Source of the DNA: a phage
Strand: one strand, 5' to 3'
DNA: 44,688 bases
Sequence record: PX880098.1
The stretch's first letter is position 1, and every line of letters starts with the position of its first letter. A program made the position numbers and the translations under genes. Below are positions 43,316 through 44,688 of the stretch, one piece after another. The notes under the pieces are model-generated. The model searched no databases, was not told the DNA's origin, and saw only the letters and a list, made by a program, of their open reading frames with translations.

Positions 43316-43825
43316 ATGAAGCTGAAACTTAAGCAGCCATCGCCGGAGGTGGTGCAAGCTGCACATGAAGAAGCTGTTAGCGCAAACCGTCGCCGTAAAC
43401 GACCGCGCGGTAAACAGAGCCTTTATCAATCATCCCATAATTCCGCCGCGTTGTGGGACCCGGACTATTGCGACGCGTTAATCGAGTTCTTCGACCGCAC
43501 GTCGTGGGAACTTGTGCCCACGTCCAAAGGCGACGAACGTCCGCTGATTAAGGATAAACCACCATCACTGGCCCGCTTCGCCTTACACATCGGCGTCACT
43601 ATCCCGATTATTAAGCTGTGGTTGCGCGAGATTCCCGCATTTGCAGAAGCCTATGAAACGGCACAGGCACTGGAAGAGGCATATTTCACTGAGACAGGCG
43701 CGGCGGGTATCTCTGCTACGTTTGCCGCTGCGAAGCTGGGGTTGAATAAGAAAGACGAACCTGAGAGCGAAGGCAATACATCGCAGAACATCACAGTAGT
43801 GATAAAGAAAGATACAGGCGAGTAA
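43316..43825 (+). CDS. terS: terminase small subunit (putative)
   Basis: Position upstream of terL across the window junction; basic N-terminal region RRRKRPRGK; SD AAGGGG 6 nt before ATG 43316; no motif confirmation. Confidence 0.5.
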   Translation: MKLKLKQPSPEVVQAAHEEAVSANRRRKRPRGKQSLYQSSHNSAALWDPDYCDALIEFFDRTSWELVPTSKGDERPLIKDKPPSLARFALHIGVTIPIIKLWLREIPAFAEAYETAQALEEAYFTETGAAGISATFAAAKLGLNKKDEPESEGNTSQNITVVIKKDTGE

Positions 43826-43849
43826 TAGACGGGCTAGATAATTGATGTT

Positions 43850-43883
43850 AGTATCAACCCATCCATTGAAGTGGGTTGATACT
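43850..43883 (+). repeat. perfect 12-bp inverted repeat abutting the HNH start codon
   Basis: AGTATCAACCCA (43850-43861) and TGGGTTGATACT (43872-43883) with 10-nt loop; ATG at 43884. Confidence 0.6.
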
Positions 43884-44681
43884 ATGAATTACGAAAAGAT
43901 ATACGAAAGCCTGATAGCTCGTTGTAGGTCGTTACCCCGCCAGGGCTACACCGAAAGACACCACATACTGCCGAGGTCCTTAGGCGGTGATGACTCCCCT
44001 GAGAATCTTATTGATCTATCCGCAAGAGAACATTTCTTCGCGCATCTCCTTCTGGCAAAAATCCACGGTGGTAACATGTGGGCCGCTCTGGCATACATGT
44101 CAAGAGGCGGCACTAAGTCAAGCAAACTGCATAAATGCACATCCCGTCAGTATGAGTTTATAAAGCGTAAAGACGCTGAATGGCGTAGCTTGAGGTACCG
44201 CGGGGATAAGAACCCGTTCTACGGGAAAACACATTCACCACAAGCCCTGGTGAAAATGCGCAAACCTAGGGTCAATAAAGAGAGACTTTTTGGGCGGACG
44301 GTGCCAGGTGTCGGGGCTATCATATCGTTTGTGCAGACGTATAAACCCCGCGCGGTAGAAATAGATACTACGGTTAGAGACCGAATTGATAGTTGGTTCA
44401 CGGTAGACGAGGAACTGCGGCAGCTTAATGTATTCCTCGCCCGTAGCCAGGGGCAGAAAGCGCTCAATCGCGACCACCGCGGCGAAAAGAACCCAAACTA
44501 CGGCAATGGGAAAGCCATATCAGGCGAAAAGAACCCGATGTTTGGAAAGAAACACAGCGAAAGCACCAGGGCCAAAATTGCGGAGAAAATGAAACGCACT
44601 ATGGTGTGCCCGCACTGCGGCAAAGAATCTAACATAGCAAACGCACATAGGTGGCACTTTGACAACTGCAAACACAAATGA
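43884..44681 (+). CDS. HNH homing endonuclease with NUMOD-like DNA-binding repeats
   Basis: HNH core YTERHHILPRSLGGDDSPENL...EHFFAH; repeated NPFYGKTHS and KNPNYG/KNPMFGKKHSESTRAKI NUMOD3-like motifs; C-terminal CPHCG...C zinc finger. Confidence 0.7.
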   Translation: MNYEKIYESLIARCRSLPRQGYTERHHILPRSLGGDDSPENLIDLSAREHFFAHLLLAKIHGGNMWAALAYMSRGGTKSSKLHKCTSRQYEFIKRKDAEWRSLRYRGDKNPFYGKTHSPQALVKMRKPRVNKERLFGRTVPGVGAIISFVQTYKPRAVEIDTTVRDRIDSWFTVDEELRQLNVFLARSQGQKALNRDHRGEKNPNYGNGKAISGEKNPMFGKKHSESTRAKIAEKMKRTMVCPHCGKESNIANAHRWHFDNCKHK

Positions 44682-44688
44682 GAAAGAG

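Noticed and set aside
1-44688. tRNA genes, CRISPR arrays, integrase or repressor-based lysogeny module
   Set aside because: No cloverleaf-compatible T-loop/acceptor patterns seen in intergenic regions, no short direct-repeat arrays, and no integrase or CI-like repressor; visual scan only, a tRNA scanner would be decisive.

Overview
This 44,688-bp window reads as a complete or near-complete genome of a virulent enterobacterial-type siphovirus. It opens exactly at the terminase large subunit start codon and ends 7 nt after an HNH endonuclease gene that follows the small terminase. The plus-strand block 1-23,354 is head and tail morphogenesis, interrupted by two counter-oriented AT-rich islands: a 71-aa moron (2877-3092) and an accessory module of Imm-like protein, metallophosphoesterase, Pnk-type HAD phosphatase and T4 gp1-like dNMP kinase (11,809-14,208). 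The minus-strand block 23,383-35,657 is DNA replication: an SNF2-like helicase carrying an in-frame LAGLIDADG intein, VRR-NUC nuclease, family A DNA polymerase, SSB-like protein, Cas4-like exonuclease and AEP primase-helicase. The plus-strand block 36,155-43,096 holds a PAPS-reductase-like gene, many small genes and the holin-endolysin cassette. The points I rate highest are the intein, the accessory nucleotide-enzyme island, a shared C-terminal EDLE tail on three replication proteins, and a recurring ATAG-N4-CTAT palindrome embedded in two families of near-identical sigma70-like promoters. No tRNA, CRISPR array or integrase was seen. All calls rest on reading motifs, gene order and signals by eye; no database search was run, so family names are recognitions, not hits.
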